A DNA stretch of 51,212 nt, from the IMG/VR virus record IMGVR_UViG_2049941000_000254. One strand, written 5' to 3'. The notes under the pieces are model-generated. The model saw nothing but the letters and a program-made list of their open reading frames with translations, had not been told where the DNA came from and searched no databases. Below are positions 7,974-17,300 of the stretch, piece after piece. This stretch comes from an uncultured virus (IMG/VR IMGVR_UViG_2049941000_000254) (taxonomy: Duplodnaviria; Heunggongvirae; Uroviricota; Caudoviricetes). Made by a program: the position numbers and the translations under genes. How positions within the stretch are numbered: the stretch's first letter is position 1; every line of letters begins with the position of its first letter.

Positions 7974-8103
7974 CGTCTTTCTCCTTTTTCCGTTATCTAC
8001 AATTTTCGATCCGTTCCACTATTTACCCATTCACGTCCAGTCTGTGCATCATGCGGATAGCCACAGCGCACACCTGCGCAAGTTCCTGCTTGGCGTGGTC
8101 CTT

Positions 8104-8150
8104 GTGAACTACCCACACCCTAAAGGGTGTGAGCTTGCGACCGCCTATTT
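8104..8150 (-). mobile_element. Minimal IS200/IS605-derived palindromic element (PATE-like)
   Basis: TGAC|AAATAGGCGGTCGCAAGCTCACACCCTTTAGGGTGTGGGTAGTTCAC; same end architecture as 28995-29027. Confidence 0.65.
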
Positions 8151-8419
8151 GTCATACGTGCCCCGCGTTCTCGTACCCGAACATCTTGCGGAAGTCGTCA
8201 ACGGTTGCCGGGATAAGTGCGAGCGATATAGGTCCGCTTGCCGGGTATCCGTTGGCTATCGGCATCTTTCGCCAGTACTTGAGATATAGCCTGTAGATGG
8301 CCTTCTTTATTGGCAGCGTGTATGTCCTGTAGTAACCCGGCCCGTTCGAGCGCGCTGTGCAAAGGTCGAAGTAGGCGTTGCCGCCGCATGCAATGGTGTA
8401 GTTCCTGACNNNNNNNNNN

Positions 8420-9323
8420 GGTTGGCGTAAACGATACCGTCGCTCGTGATTGCGAGGTCCTTGACGCCGAAATCGACACCCACGATGTCCTGTTCCTCGA
8501 ACGAGGATATGGATTCATGGACTGGAACAATGTCGGCTACATAGGCGAAGGAGACATACCACTTACCAGCAGCATCAACGGAAACCGTAGCCATAGCGAG
8601 CGGTATCTTCTCGGAGTCCTTCGGTATCTTGATGTAGTCCTTCTCACGGAGCTTGATTCTACCGAGGGTAGGTATCTGAACGAAATCACGACCGATGAAC
8701 ACACCACCGGAGCAGCGGAACGAGTTATCCTGGTTGTAGCGGTGGAAGCGTGGGTGCTTGGCTAGACCCTTGAAGAANNNNNNNNNNCACATACCACTTA
8801 CCAGCTGCATCGACAGATACTGTCGCCATAGCAAGCGGTATCTTTTCAGAATCCTTCGGTATCTTGATGTAGTCCTTCTCACGGAGCTTGATTCTACCGA
8901 GTGTAGGTATCTGGACGAAATCACGACCGATGAACACACCACCGGAGCAGCGGAACGAGTTGTCTTGGCTATACTTGTGGAAGCGGGGGTGCTTGGCTTG
9001 ACCCTTGAAGAACCGCTTCCACGCAGCACCCAAATCTATCAAGGCTTCCTGTCCACAGAACTTGCTGACTTCGGTCATCCATCTGTTACGGGGTTCCTTC
9101 TTGAACCTGCACCAATCCCTGTGCCAATCAATCGGAGTGCCGAACTTGCACTTTACCTTCTCGTCTTCGGGCGTATTGGCTTTTGCTAATTCGTAAGCCT
9201 TGTTCTGTTCTGCGAGTTTCCAATTATAAGCACGGCGGGAAACGGCACACATGCGGTACATCGTCCGTACCTGTGCCTTGCTCGGCTTTAAGCATATCTT
9301 CCTTCCGCACTGCTGGTCCATAC
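8420..9323 (-). CDS. tnpB: Fragments of additional TnpB alleles (N-terminal HTH/wedge and RuvC-I)
   Basis: MDQQCGRKICLKPSKAQ... and VGVDFGVKDLA; overlapping near-duplicates separated by gaps. Confidence 0.8.
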
Positions 9324-9437
9324 NNNNNNNNNNAGCCTCGTTGCAGTTAATTGCCTTCTTTACGGGATCGTCCGGAAGCCACGTGGAGCATGGGTTCTTC
9401 CACACCGTCTGCTCCGGCTTCGGCGGNNNNNNNNNNA

Positions 9438-10602
9438 ACGCACTGGGCGTTGCCGTGGGGGCAAGCATTCGCAACGGAATTGTCGCTTACGGTGTATCTC
9501 ACCGCATTGGTTTCAGTCGGGACTACTAGGTTTAGTAGCCACAGGCCATAGAACTGCAAGTTCCTGGCTGCATTGTAATCTCTGTCGTGGTGATGCCCGC
9601 ATACGGGGCATACCCATTCCCTATCATCCAGGGTCAAATCCTTGTTGTAGTATTGCCCACAGTGCGAGCAGTAACGGCTAGAAGCGTAGAACTGCGGGGC
9701 GAAGAATAGCAGTATGCCTAGCCAAGCACACTTATACTCCAGGAACTGTCGCATCCTTCCGAAGTTGGCATCGAGGATAGCGGAAGCCAGCTTGTGGTTC
9801 TTATACATGTTTTTCGGCTTCAAGTCCTCAATAACGATAGCCTTCGGCTTCGTATGCTTCGTAATGTCAGCAGTGAACTGGTGAGCCGCATTGACTCGGA
9901 TGTTGGTTATCCTTCTGTGGATTCTACCAAGTATCCTCTTGCACCGCTCCCTGTTCTTGGAGTGTTTTTTCTTGCGGGATAAAGCTCTCTGGAATCTGCG
10001 TAGCCTAGCCTTGGCATGCTGGTAGGCTTTCGGGTTGGCGTAAACGATACCGTCGCTCGTGATTGCAAGGTCCTTGACTCCAAAATCGACACCCACTATG
10101 TCCTGTTCCTCGAACGAGGATATGGATTCGTGGACTGGAACGATGTCGGCTACATAGGCGAAGGAAACATACCACTTGCCAACAGCATCGACCGATACGG
10201 TCGCCATTGCAAGCGGTATCTTCTCGGAATCCTTCGGTATCTTGATGTAGTCCTTCTCTCGGAGCTTGATTCTACCAAGCGTANNNNNNNNNNACGCTTC
10301 CATGCGGAACCGAGGTCGATTAGGGCTTCTTGACCGCAGAACTTGGAGACTTCCGTCATCCACTTGTTATCGGACAGTTTCTTGAAGATGCACCATTCCT
10401 TGTGCCAATCTCTCGGTGTACCGAGGGTGCATTTGACCTTCTCGCCTTCCGGTGTGTTGGCCTTGGCTTCCTCGTAAGCCTTGTTCTGCTCGGCTAGTTT
10501 CCAGTTGTAGGCACGGCGGGAAACGGCACACATACGGTACATCGTCCGCACCTGTGCCTTGCTCGGCTTCAAGCATATCTTCCTTCCGCACTGCTGTTCC
10601 AT
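9438..10602 (-). CDS. tnpB: TnpB RNA-guided nuclease (spans gap 10284-10293; C-terminal tail continues at ~7665-7758)
   Basis: RuvC D (GVDFG), E (VIEDL) and D (DRDYNAA) intact; Zn finger CSHC...CPVC. Confidence 0.9.
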
Positions 10603-10615
10603 AGTCTATATAGCA

Positions 10616-10710
10616 AATGCCCGATGAACACTTATTGTGGAAGTTAGCGTCCATCGGGCATTCAAAAGTCCGTTATAATGTCTTATGCAAGAACTTCCAC
10701 CTACTTGCAT
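10616..10710 (-). promoter_or_regulatory. Kissing-loop 5' leader RNA of tnpB (element 1)
   Basis: 7-bp hairpin with loop UAGGUGGAAGUU; 17-bp hairpin with loop AACUUCCACAAUA; 9-nt loop complementarity. Confidence 0.7.
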
Positions 10711-10719
10711 CTATCATTA

Positions 10720-10727
10720 AGTTTATA
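10720..10727 (-). promoter_or_regulatory. Late-type promoter motif TATAAACT
   Basis: Same 8-mer at 14534(+), 19472(-), 20310(-) and 50301(-), each just upstream of a gene or leader. Confidence 0.55.
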
Positions 10728-10838
10728 ACAATCTACAATTATTTTCATTAAAAATCAAGGTATTATTGCAAGAAAATGTATATAGAAACTGGTTAAAGTT
10801 GGTAATTGTTGGTAGAAATGATGCTATCTGTTGTCATC

Positions 10839-10924
10839 CCCATGCTGTTGCGTCCCGGAATGGGCTTCGCGTTCTTGCACTGTTCAAGGAGCTGTTCCTT
10901 GGTGAAATGTTCACTTTCTGCCAT
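10839..10924 (-). pseudogene. 5' half of the gene interrupted by IS607 element 1
   Basis: MAESEHFTKEQLLEQCKNAKPIPGRNSM ends at the CATGGG target. Confidence 0.7.
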
Positions 10925-10926
10925 GA

Positions 10927-11949
10927 TTACCAACCTGTTATATGTTTAGCGAGGCTATGTTCAAATGCCATTAGTGCCAGACTGTCGGCGATTACGCCAT
11001 CGCACAATAATTTTCCGCCATGCGCATCCTTATCGGAGAATACTACCTTGTAATTCCCGTCATCGTGCTTTTCGAAATAGATGGTGTATTCTACATCGCC
11101 CTTCTTGAAACGCAGGTAGAGGATATTTTCGTCGCCCTGCCGTTCAAACTTGACACCAAAGTTTTCCAGGACCTTTTCAATCTTATCCATCGGGCGCTTC
11201 CACAAGGGATAGCCATCGGGGTCAAGTTGCGTCGTTTCGCGCTTCGGTTCTTCCACTTTCTCCTCGGGCTCAGCTTTCGGCCGTTCAATAGGAAATTCGA
11301 GTTTCTTGGCAACCCTCTTCTGCTGTTCGCGGATCTTTTCGATAACGGGAATATCGAATTTCTTGACAACCCTCTTCTGCTGTTCATGATTCTGTTCGAT
11401 ATCGGCGCACGAGCGAGGGCACTCCTCATTGGAGTCGCAGACCCGGCATTGTTCCGGGGTAGCCTTTATGCAGGCTTCAATCGTTTCGGGCACGGCGGAA
11501 TCATCCTTACTCGGTTCCTCGGGTTCACTTTCAGTGGTATGTTCCTCGGCAAACTTCTTGGCCTCGTCCGGACTCATATCAAGCGGGACTGTCGCAAGAA
11601 AATTCTTGACATCCTCGCGCAGTTTTTCGGTTTCCTTCTTACCCGGCGCCTTCTGCACCGCGGTAATTACAGGAAGGCCATTCTTCATGCACATTTCCAT
11701 GACGGAATGGGTATCTTCCTCGTAACCGCTGTCAAGACGGGCACCCTCGATGAGATTGGCGAACTCGTCGTCGATACGGCTAATGAGGAGACGGTAGAAT
11801 GCCGCACCTTCCTGGAAACCTTCATAGAAGGCGCGTCTGGCCTCCTTGTCGCCTTCATGTTCCCCCATTGGCTGGAACATCTTGGCCATGCGGGAACCCG
11901 CTGCGCGGATTGCGGCATTTTCAACCTTGATTAAGTCTTTCTTTTCCAT
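10927..11949 (-). CDS. Hypothetical protein with acidic linker and internal duplication (EQQKRVVKKFDIP/EQQKRVAKKLEFP)
   Basis: Start at MEKKDL with AAGGA SD. Confidence 0.75.
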   Translation of the reverse strand: MEKKDLIKVENAAIRAAGSRMAKMFQPMGEHEGDKEARRAFYEGFQEGAAFYRLLISRIDDEFANLIEGARLDSGYEEDTHSVMEMCMKNGLPVITAVQKAPGKKETEKLREDVKNFLATVPLDMSPDEAKKFAEEHTTESEPEEPSKDDSAVPETIEACIKATPEQCRVCDSNEECPRSCADIEQNHEQQKRVVKKFDIPVIEKIREQQKRVAKKLEFPIERPKAEPEEKVEEPKRETTQLDPDGYPLWKRPMDKIEKVLENFGVKFERQGDENILYLRFKKGDVEYTIYFEKHDDGNYKVVFSDKDAHGGKLLCDGVIADSLALMAFEHSLAKHITGW

Positions 11950-11950
11950 G

Positions 11951-12178
11951 TTATACATCCTTGTCGGTGCAGCTTCCCAACATGCGGGATGCCATGTGAT
12001 TGTTGATGATGTCAATTGCGTACTTGATACCTTCTCGGAAACCTGCCTGTGCGCCCGTCTTGAATTCGAATTCTTCGGAAATATCGTCGAACATTTTGCC
12101 ATCGGCAAGATACTCAGCAACCCCACGTGCATCCCTGGCAAGTTGTTCTTCATTACTGAAGAAACCTTCAATGTTCAT
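11951..12178 (-). CDS. Hypothetical protein
   Basis: AGGAGG SD. Confidence 0.7.
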   Translation of the reverse strand: MNIEGFFSNEEQLARDARGVAEYLADGKMFDDISEEFEFKTGAQAGFREGIKYAIDIINNHMASRMLGSCTDKDV

Positions 12179-12488
12179 GTGAATCCTCCTTCAGCCACAT
12201 CCAGAAAGTATTTGATGCCCAGGCCTCTATTGATTCCGGTTCAACTTCCGAAACAATAAAGCCATTGAACAAACCGGGTTCATACAGGTCCTCAAAAATT
12301 TCCCTTGACGATTTCTCGCTCTTGACAAACGAGTACATAGCTGTAATCGTGGANNNNNNNNNNNNNNNNNNNNNNNNNNNNNNNNNATGATGCCAGTCGT
12401 ATGACCCTTTGATTTTATGGAGAAACTTGAGCCACTTCTCGATTTCAGTCTCCTCTTTGAGACCATATGACACTGAATACAATTTCAT
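12168..12488 (-). CDS. Hypothetical protein, leaderless (spans gap)
   Basis: TTGCCG-N17-TACATT-N6-ATG (12523-12486). Confidence 0.65.
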   Translation of the reverse strand: MKLYSVSYGLKEETEIEKWLKFLHKIKGSYDWHHXXXXXXXXXXXSTITAMYSFVKSEKSSREIFEDLYEPGLFNGFIVSEVEPESIEAWASNTFWMWLKEDSHEH

Positions 12489-12509
12489 AACACAAATGTA
12501 GCAAACAGC

Positions 12510-13457
12510 TCAGTTACCGGCAACCGTATTGGCAGTATTCTTTATCAACTCTATAATAGCATGTCCGATGATAAATACAACAACCATTGCAATCACGATT
12601 ACAACATATCGCTGAACCGTTTCCTTAAATCCCTGAGAGGTATCGCTCTGAGAGGTATCGCTACTAGTGAAAGACAATGGCGGGAGAGACTTGATGAAAC
12701 TGTCATATTCGTGTTTTTGCTTCAACTCGGCAAGCTGCGCATCGTGGTCAGCATCGATCTTTTCCTGTACATTGTTCAACCAATTAGCCACCCATCCATT
12801 AAGACCAACATTGCGGTCGTGGTTGGCATATCCCATCAGTTGCAACACCGCTTCCTTCAGGTCATGATACACGATGATTCTGGCATTCAATGCATCACCG
12901 ATATGTTCAATGATATCAATCGCTTCCAGTTTGTCATTGAATGCAATATGGTCCTTGACGGGAATTGGAAGATTAATATACCCATCACTAGCTGCAGTCA
13001 AGTTGAATACAGCAAGTGAGGACGGGACGGGCACCTTTACACCTTCAGGAGTAACCTTAACCTTACGCAGGTATTTGCGATTGGGGGTAAGGTAAACCAC
13101 AAAGACATACGGGACTTCGATATTATCATCCTCGCCAGCCATCCAGAAGATCTTTTTGAGATCGCTCGGATCGGCAAGGTATTCGTGTTCCATTAATACG
13201 CTGTAAGACTCGTTGCCCGATGACGGTACTGAGGAAACATACGCAGTGACCAACGAAGATAGATTGTCGGGATACTGGTCCGGATGGACAGCAACTGCCT
13301 CGGCAACCATGATGGAATTAAACATATAGTCATCGCGCAGTTTGAAAGACCGCTTGTCAGCTATACCAAGATATGGCGCAATTTCAGTCTTGGTTGCCCA
13401 TCGAGCAACCGGCATATATGATAATTTGAAACGAATTTTTGGCGTTATTGCAATCAT
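12510..13457 (-). CDS. Hypothetical protein with C-terminal TM helix, leaderless
   Basis: Promoter TTGCCG-N17-TACATT-N6-ATG fixes the start at MIAITPK; YVVIVIAMVVVFIIGHAII hydrophobic segment. Confidence 0.75.
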   Translation of the reverse strand: MIAITPKIRFKLSYMPVARWATKTEIAPYLGIADKRSFKLRDDYMFNSIMVAEAVAVHPDQYPDNLSSLVTAYVSSVPSSGNESYSVLMEHEYLADPSDLKKIFWMAGEDDNIEVPYVFVVYLTPNRKYLRKVKVTPEGVKVPVPSSLAVFNLTAASDGYINLPIPVKDHIAFNDKLEAIDIIEHIGDALNARIIVYHDLKEAVLQLMGYANHDRNVGLNGWVANWLNNVQEKIDADHDAQLAELKQKHEYDSFIKSLPPLSFTSSDTSQSDTSQGFKETVQRYVVIVIAMVVVFIIGHAIIELIKNTANTVAGN

Positions 13458-13492
13458 ACACCAAATGTAGCAAATTGTGTAGTGGACGGCAA

Positions 13493-14050
13493 CTAGGTGA
13501 CACTTTCCACGTGTAGACGGTTCTTGAACTCCTTGACCTCGATGCGCTTGCGGAGTTCCTTGCTTACCGCCTTGTACAGCCATTCATCCTTGTAGTGCTT
13601 CACGAAATACCTCATGTTCTTATAGGCACTCTCGCGGCACGATGAGCGATACGGGATTAGATCACCATGACACTCCGGCGTAAATAGGCCGAACCCGTCG
13701 CCATTGGGACATATGACACAGCTGGCGAAGTAGGCCCATCCATTTTCAGTCCGCTGGTACAAGGTGAACCCTATGCCATTACTGAAATGGTTTTTCAGTT
13801 CCAGGTAGACATTATGCCACCAACTAAGCCGGAAAAACGCCTCACTACCCGCAAGGTTGTCCCTGCGCGGATAGTCCAGCATCTCCTTCATGAGGGTATA
13901 GTATTTCTCGCATGCGCCAATCATTTGACACATGAAGGCATCGTCCAGGGCGCCGATACGCAGTTTTTTGGTCAGCTTCGCATCCTTTTCATGAAGATAT
14001 GCGTTCCGGCTAATTTCCAGGAGTTTGTCGATTTCTTCGGTTTCAGTCAT
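13493..14050 (-). CDS. Hypothetical protein, leaderless
   Basis: TTGCCA-N17-TACATT-N6-ATG. Confidence 0.75.
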   Translation of the reverse strand: MTETEEIDKLLEISRNAYLHEKDAKLTKKLRIGALDDAFMCQMIGACEKYYTLMKEMLDYPRRDNLAGSEAFFRLSWWHNVYLELKNHFSNGIGFTLYQRTENGWAYFASCVICPNGDGFGLFTPECHGDLIPYRSSCRESAYKNMRYFVKHYKDEWLYKAVSKELRKRIEVKEFKNRLHVESVT

Positions 14051-14212
14051 GCAACAAATGTAGCAAAAGGGGGCCAAAATGGCAATATGAACTATCGTGA
14101 ACTACCTATGTCCGAACGGACATATGGGAGTCTCGCCTGACTTGGTGTACTGTGCGACTCGTGCGTCTGAAATAATCATGGCTACTCTTTTTTCAAGATT
14201 TCNNNNNNNNNN

Positions 14213-14451
14213 CCACCCTTGAGTGACTTGATGATGATGAAGTCGCCTTCATCAGCATCCCACCTCTGCCCACCAGCATCCCATGTGACTACGCAGATAT
14301 CCTTGCTCCCGCCCTCGGTGCCGACGATAGTATTCCAGAACTCGGGTGTTTCACCCCTACTCGTCAGGAAATCAGAGACTTCCTCCCGGTTGCCGCCGGT
14401 CCATTGTACGCACTTGACCGTAATCGGCCGCATTCTTGCAGTGATAATCAT
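14213..14451 (-). CDS. Conserved small phage protein (MIITARMRPITVKCVQWTGGN...), partial
   Basis: AAGGAG SD; V.AVQW.G.N / GDFII pattern common in phages. Confidence 0.65.
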
Positions 14452-14559
14452 CTGTACTACTCCTTGTCCTTGTAATGTTGTTCTTTTCGCCCATGCCGAT
14501 AATGTAGCAAAAGCCGGCTGCGCTGACAACCGGTATAAACTGCGGATGGAGGTAAATTC

Positions 14560-15093
14560 ATGAACAGCCCGCTCGTCGTCCACACCAACTTTTCCCCTAA
14601 CAAGACCACCAAGCGCACCCGTGCAATCGACACGATTACGATCCACTGCACGGCCAGTCAGGTGACCGCCGAACAGCTTGGAAAAATGTTCGAGAAGAAG
14701 GAAAAGAAGGCCTCATCCAACTACGGGGTGGACAAGGATGGGCGCATCGGCCTCTATGTGAACGAGGAATCCAGGAGCTGGTGCAGCAGCAACGCTGCCA
14801 ACGACCACCGCGCAGTGACCATCGAGGTATCAAGTGACGCCAAGGCGCCCTATGCCGTGTCCGATGCGGCCTATGCGTCACTCATATACCTGGTAGCCGA
14901 CATCTGCCGCAGGAACGGCATCAAGAAGCTGCTCTGGAAACACGACAAGACCCTCGTGGGCAAGACCGATGCCGACGGAAACCTGGTGCAGAACATGACC
15001 CTGCACAAGTGGTTCGCCAACAAGGCATGCCCAGGGGCCTATCTTGAAGAACGCATGTTCGACATTGCCGCGAAGGTCAATGCGTTGCTTTAA
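14560..15093 (+). CDS. N-acetylmuramoyl-L-alanine amidase (Amidase_2), endolysin-like
   Basis: ITIHCTA, ASSNY, SWCSS, VTIEV and LHKWFANKACPG Zn-amidase motifs; preceded by TATAAACT and GGAGG. Confidence 0.92.
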   Translation: MNSPLVVHTNFSPNKTTKRTRAIDTITIHCTASQVTAEQLGKMFEKKEKKASSNYGVDKDGRIGLYVNEESRSWCSSNAANDHRAVTIEVSSDAKAPYAVSDAAYASLIYLVADICRRNGIKKLLWKHDKTLVGKTDADGNLVQNMTLHKWFANKACPGAYLEERMFDIAAKVNALL

Positions 15094-15487
15094 TTGGCGG
15101 TAATGAAAACATTGCCCGCATTAGCGGCATGTACGCCGGTTTCGGCATTCTTGCAGCAAATATCTTGATATTTTGAATTTCGCCGGATCGAAACTGTTCC
15201 ATGAAGGTTTCACGCATCATTTCCCGGCTGGAATCAAAAAACTTGCAATCTATATAGAAATTTGGCGCGATGTCAGGGTGATTCCGTTCCAGGTAATAGC
15301 AAACCCTACGGGCAATTATAGCGTTACGGGCCACGCCACACCATATATCCGCGTACCCATAACGCATCATTAACGCGCATGGCTCGATTTGCGCAGGAAC
15401 AAATTTCCCAAAAGACATTGTGAAACGTTCGGCAAGTTTCATAAGGAAGCTGCCGACCACGGCACCATATATGACATGTCTTACCAT
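15077..15487 (-). CDS. Hypothetical protein
   Basis: ORF between gaps, convergent with the amidase. Confidence 0.45.
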   Translation of the reverse strand: MVRHVIYGAVVGSFLMKLAERFTMSFGKFVPAQIEPCALMMRYGYADIWCGVARNAIIARRVCYYLERNHPDIAPNFYIDCKFFDSSREMMRETFMEQFRSGEIQNIKIFAARMPKPAYMPLMRAMFSLPPIKATH

Positions 15488-15907
15488 GATTANNNNNNNN
15501 NNGAAACGACATTATCCGCACTGAAGGCGTATTGCACTGTTCCGGGTGTTCTTCCATCCACTTGAGGCACGCTTCTTCATCGAAACCGCCATCAAACAGG
15601 ATGTGAACTCTCCCCGTGGGGATAGGGAGGCCGTCAGCATCGAATTCATCGCTAAGGATGTCTTCCACCACACAATATGAGTATTGCTCAGCCATAGATC
15701 CCCCTAGCAGTAGGTTCCGTAGAAGTACCGGTCCTTGTGGGCTTCCACCCACTTGAACATTTCCAGCAACTCTTTGTCATGCTGGATGGAAATGTTCCCG
15801 TCCACATCTTCGCCTCTCTGCTTCAATAACTCGGTAAGGTCCTCGATGCGGCGTTTGACCCTTGCGACTTCTTCCTCATGACGCCCCGAAGGCCGCANNN
15901 NNNNNNN

Positions 15908-16339
15908 CCAGTCCACCTTCTCGATTTCGTCGATATTGTTCCACCTGAACAGGAACTGGGAAGTACATGCCACCGGGGCGACGATCCGGTCAGGACCCCA
16001 ACTCGCCGATACGCTGAGATGCTTTCCACATGACTTGAACTCGAAATGGCAATCAATCCAACTGTCGAAATTACGCCCGATATCATCGTCAATCGCCTTG
16101 AGTGCTGCAATGAACTTTTCGGTATCGTAGAGTATCTTATGCTGGATGCGGTAATTGACGCACAGAACGGCCCCTAGTTCCTTGTCGAAGGACATGAAAT
16201 AGTTGCTGCCCTCGACACCCTTGGGGAGCTCGTAGTACGGAGCATCGACCGCCTGGTACGAATGGGTAAATGCGGACATCAGGTCGGCGAAAATGGGCGC
16301 CTGGGTTTCCGGGTCGTAGTAGATATCCCCGTCATAGTC
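15908..16339 (-). CDS. Hypothetical protein fragment, paralog of the gene at 16521-16880/20396-20610
   Basis: Shared LPKGVE...F.....K..G..LCV.Y.I...I..DT..F...L and IVAPVAC motifs. Confidence 0.65.
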
Positions 16340-16520
16340 NNNNNNNNNNACGCAACAATGGCATACCTTTATACATGTCGCCATGTTTTTCCAATAATTT
16401 TGTACATAAGTCAACTACTTCATCTTCATCAAGCTCATCCACTGGCCGCTTTGACAATGGTTCTAGTTCTTTAATTAGTTCAGCTCGGTATTCATCTGGA
16501 TTATGTTCAANNNNNNNNNN

Positions 16521-16880
16521 ACCGATTTCCACTTTACCATGAAATTTTCATAGCAGGCAACCGGGGCCACGATGGCAATGACATCGGACTGGGCCTGGGG
16601 CGCATAACGGGTACGTCCGACCTTGAAATCGCGCTGCTCAAAGCCTTCGCCCCATCCGTCCGAGAACTGGCCCTCGGCATCGTCGATAATCTTGGCCAAG
16701 GTTTCCTTGAAATCATCGGTATCGTCAATGATGTCCTGGTCAATGTAGTACCCGACACAAAGGCAGATACCCTTCTTCTTGTCCCATGTGAGGAAATGCT
16801 GTGCGGGCTCGACACCCTTCGGCAAGTCGTCCTCGTTGTGCGGAAAGTTACGTGCGAACCATGTGGGTCCGAACCAGGTA
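16521..16880 (-). CDS. Uninterrupted (empty-site) allele of the gene hit by IS607 element 2
   Basis: Reads CTCACATGGGACAAGAAGAAGGG (16763-16790) continuously through the insertion point. Confidence 0.8.
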
Positions 16881-17082
16881 NNNNNNNNNNNNNNNNNNNN
16901 NNNNNNNNNNNNNNNNNNNNNNNNNNNNNNNNNNNNNNNNNNNNNNNNNNNNNNNNNNNNNNNNNNNNNNNNNNNNNNNNNNNNNNNNNNNNNNNNNNNN
17001 NNNNNNNNNNNNNNNNNNNNNNNNNNNNNNNNNNNNNNNNNNNNNNNNNNNNNNNNNNNNNNNNNNNNNNNNNNNNNNNNAG

Positions 17083-17300
17083 GCAGATACCCTTCTTCTT
17101 GTCCGATAACTCATTTCTATGAATTTCTATGAATGATAGCAAAAGTTGCATATTATGTCAAGGAGTTCATAGAGCTGAGTTCTTGCTTCATAGCCCGGCA
17201 CGATTCATCCGCTAGGAAGAATTGCAACCTCCGGTCTCTGGGGCTGACAAAAGTCACGCCTTCCTTCTGATATACAGAAGGGCAAGCATCGGCGGAACAA
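17083..17300 (-). ncRNA. TnpB omegaRNA/reRNA overlapping the tnpB 3' end; predicted guide ACAAGAAGAAGGGUAUCUGC (17102-17083); 5' boundary approximate
   Basis: GAGGTTGCA.TTCTT...GTGC.....ATGAAGCAAGAA conserved with 7700-7758; known TnpB guide geometry. Confidence 0.65.

Larger units (their letters stand above)
7651..10840 (-). mobile_element. IS607-family tnpB element 1; no tnpA seen, and the interior is a patchwork of scaffold fragments
   Basis: Left junction AGCATGGG|GATGACAAC, right junction TAGAAATGTGTAGAAATGATTTATCGG|ATGTAGC; TAGAAA subterminal repeats; right end homologous to element 2. Confidence 0.75.

Noticed and set aside
10711..10840. Group I intron (IStron) at the IS607 left ends
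   Set aside because: The left ends are short and AT-rich (about 130 nt here, about 100 nt at 20292-20395) with no room for a group I core, so the host genes appear simply disrupted
11640..11700. PVITAVQK, resembling a DnaB helicase motif
   Set aside because: No Walker A/B motifs in the rest of the protein
6081..12353. 23-nt repeat GAGTACATAGCTGTAATCGTGGA at 6081 and 12331
   Set aside because: The second copy abuts an N gap; most likely an assembly join or chance coding similarity
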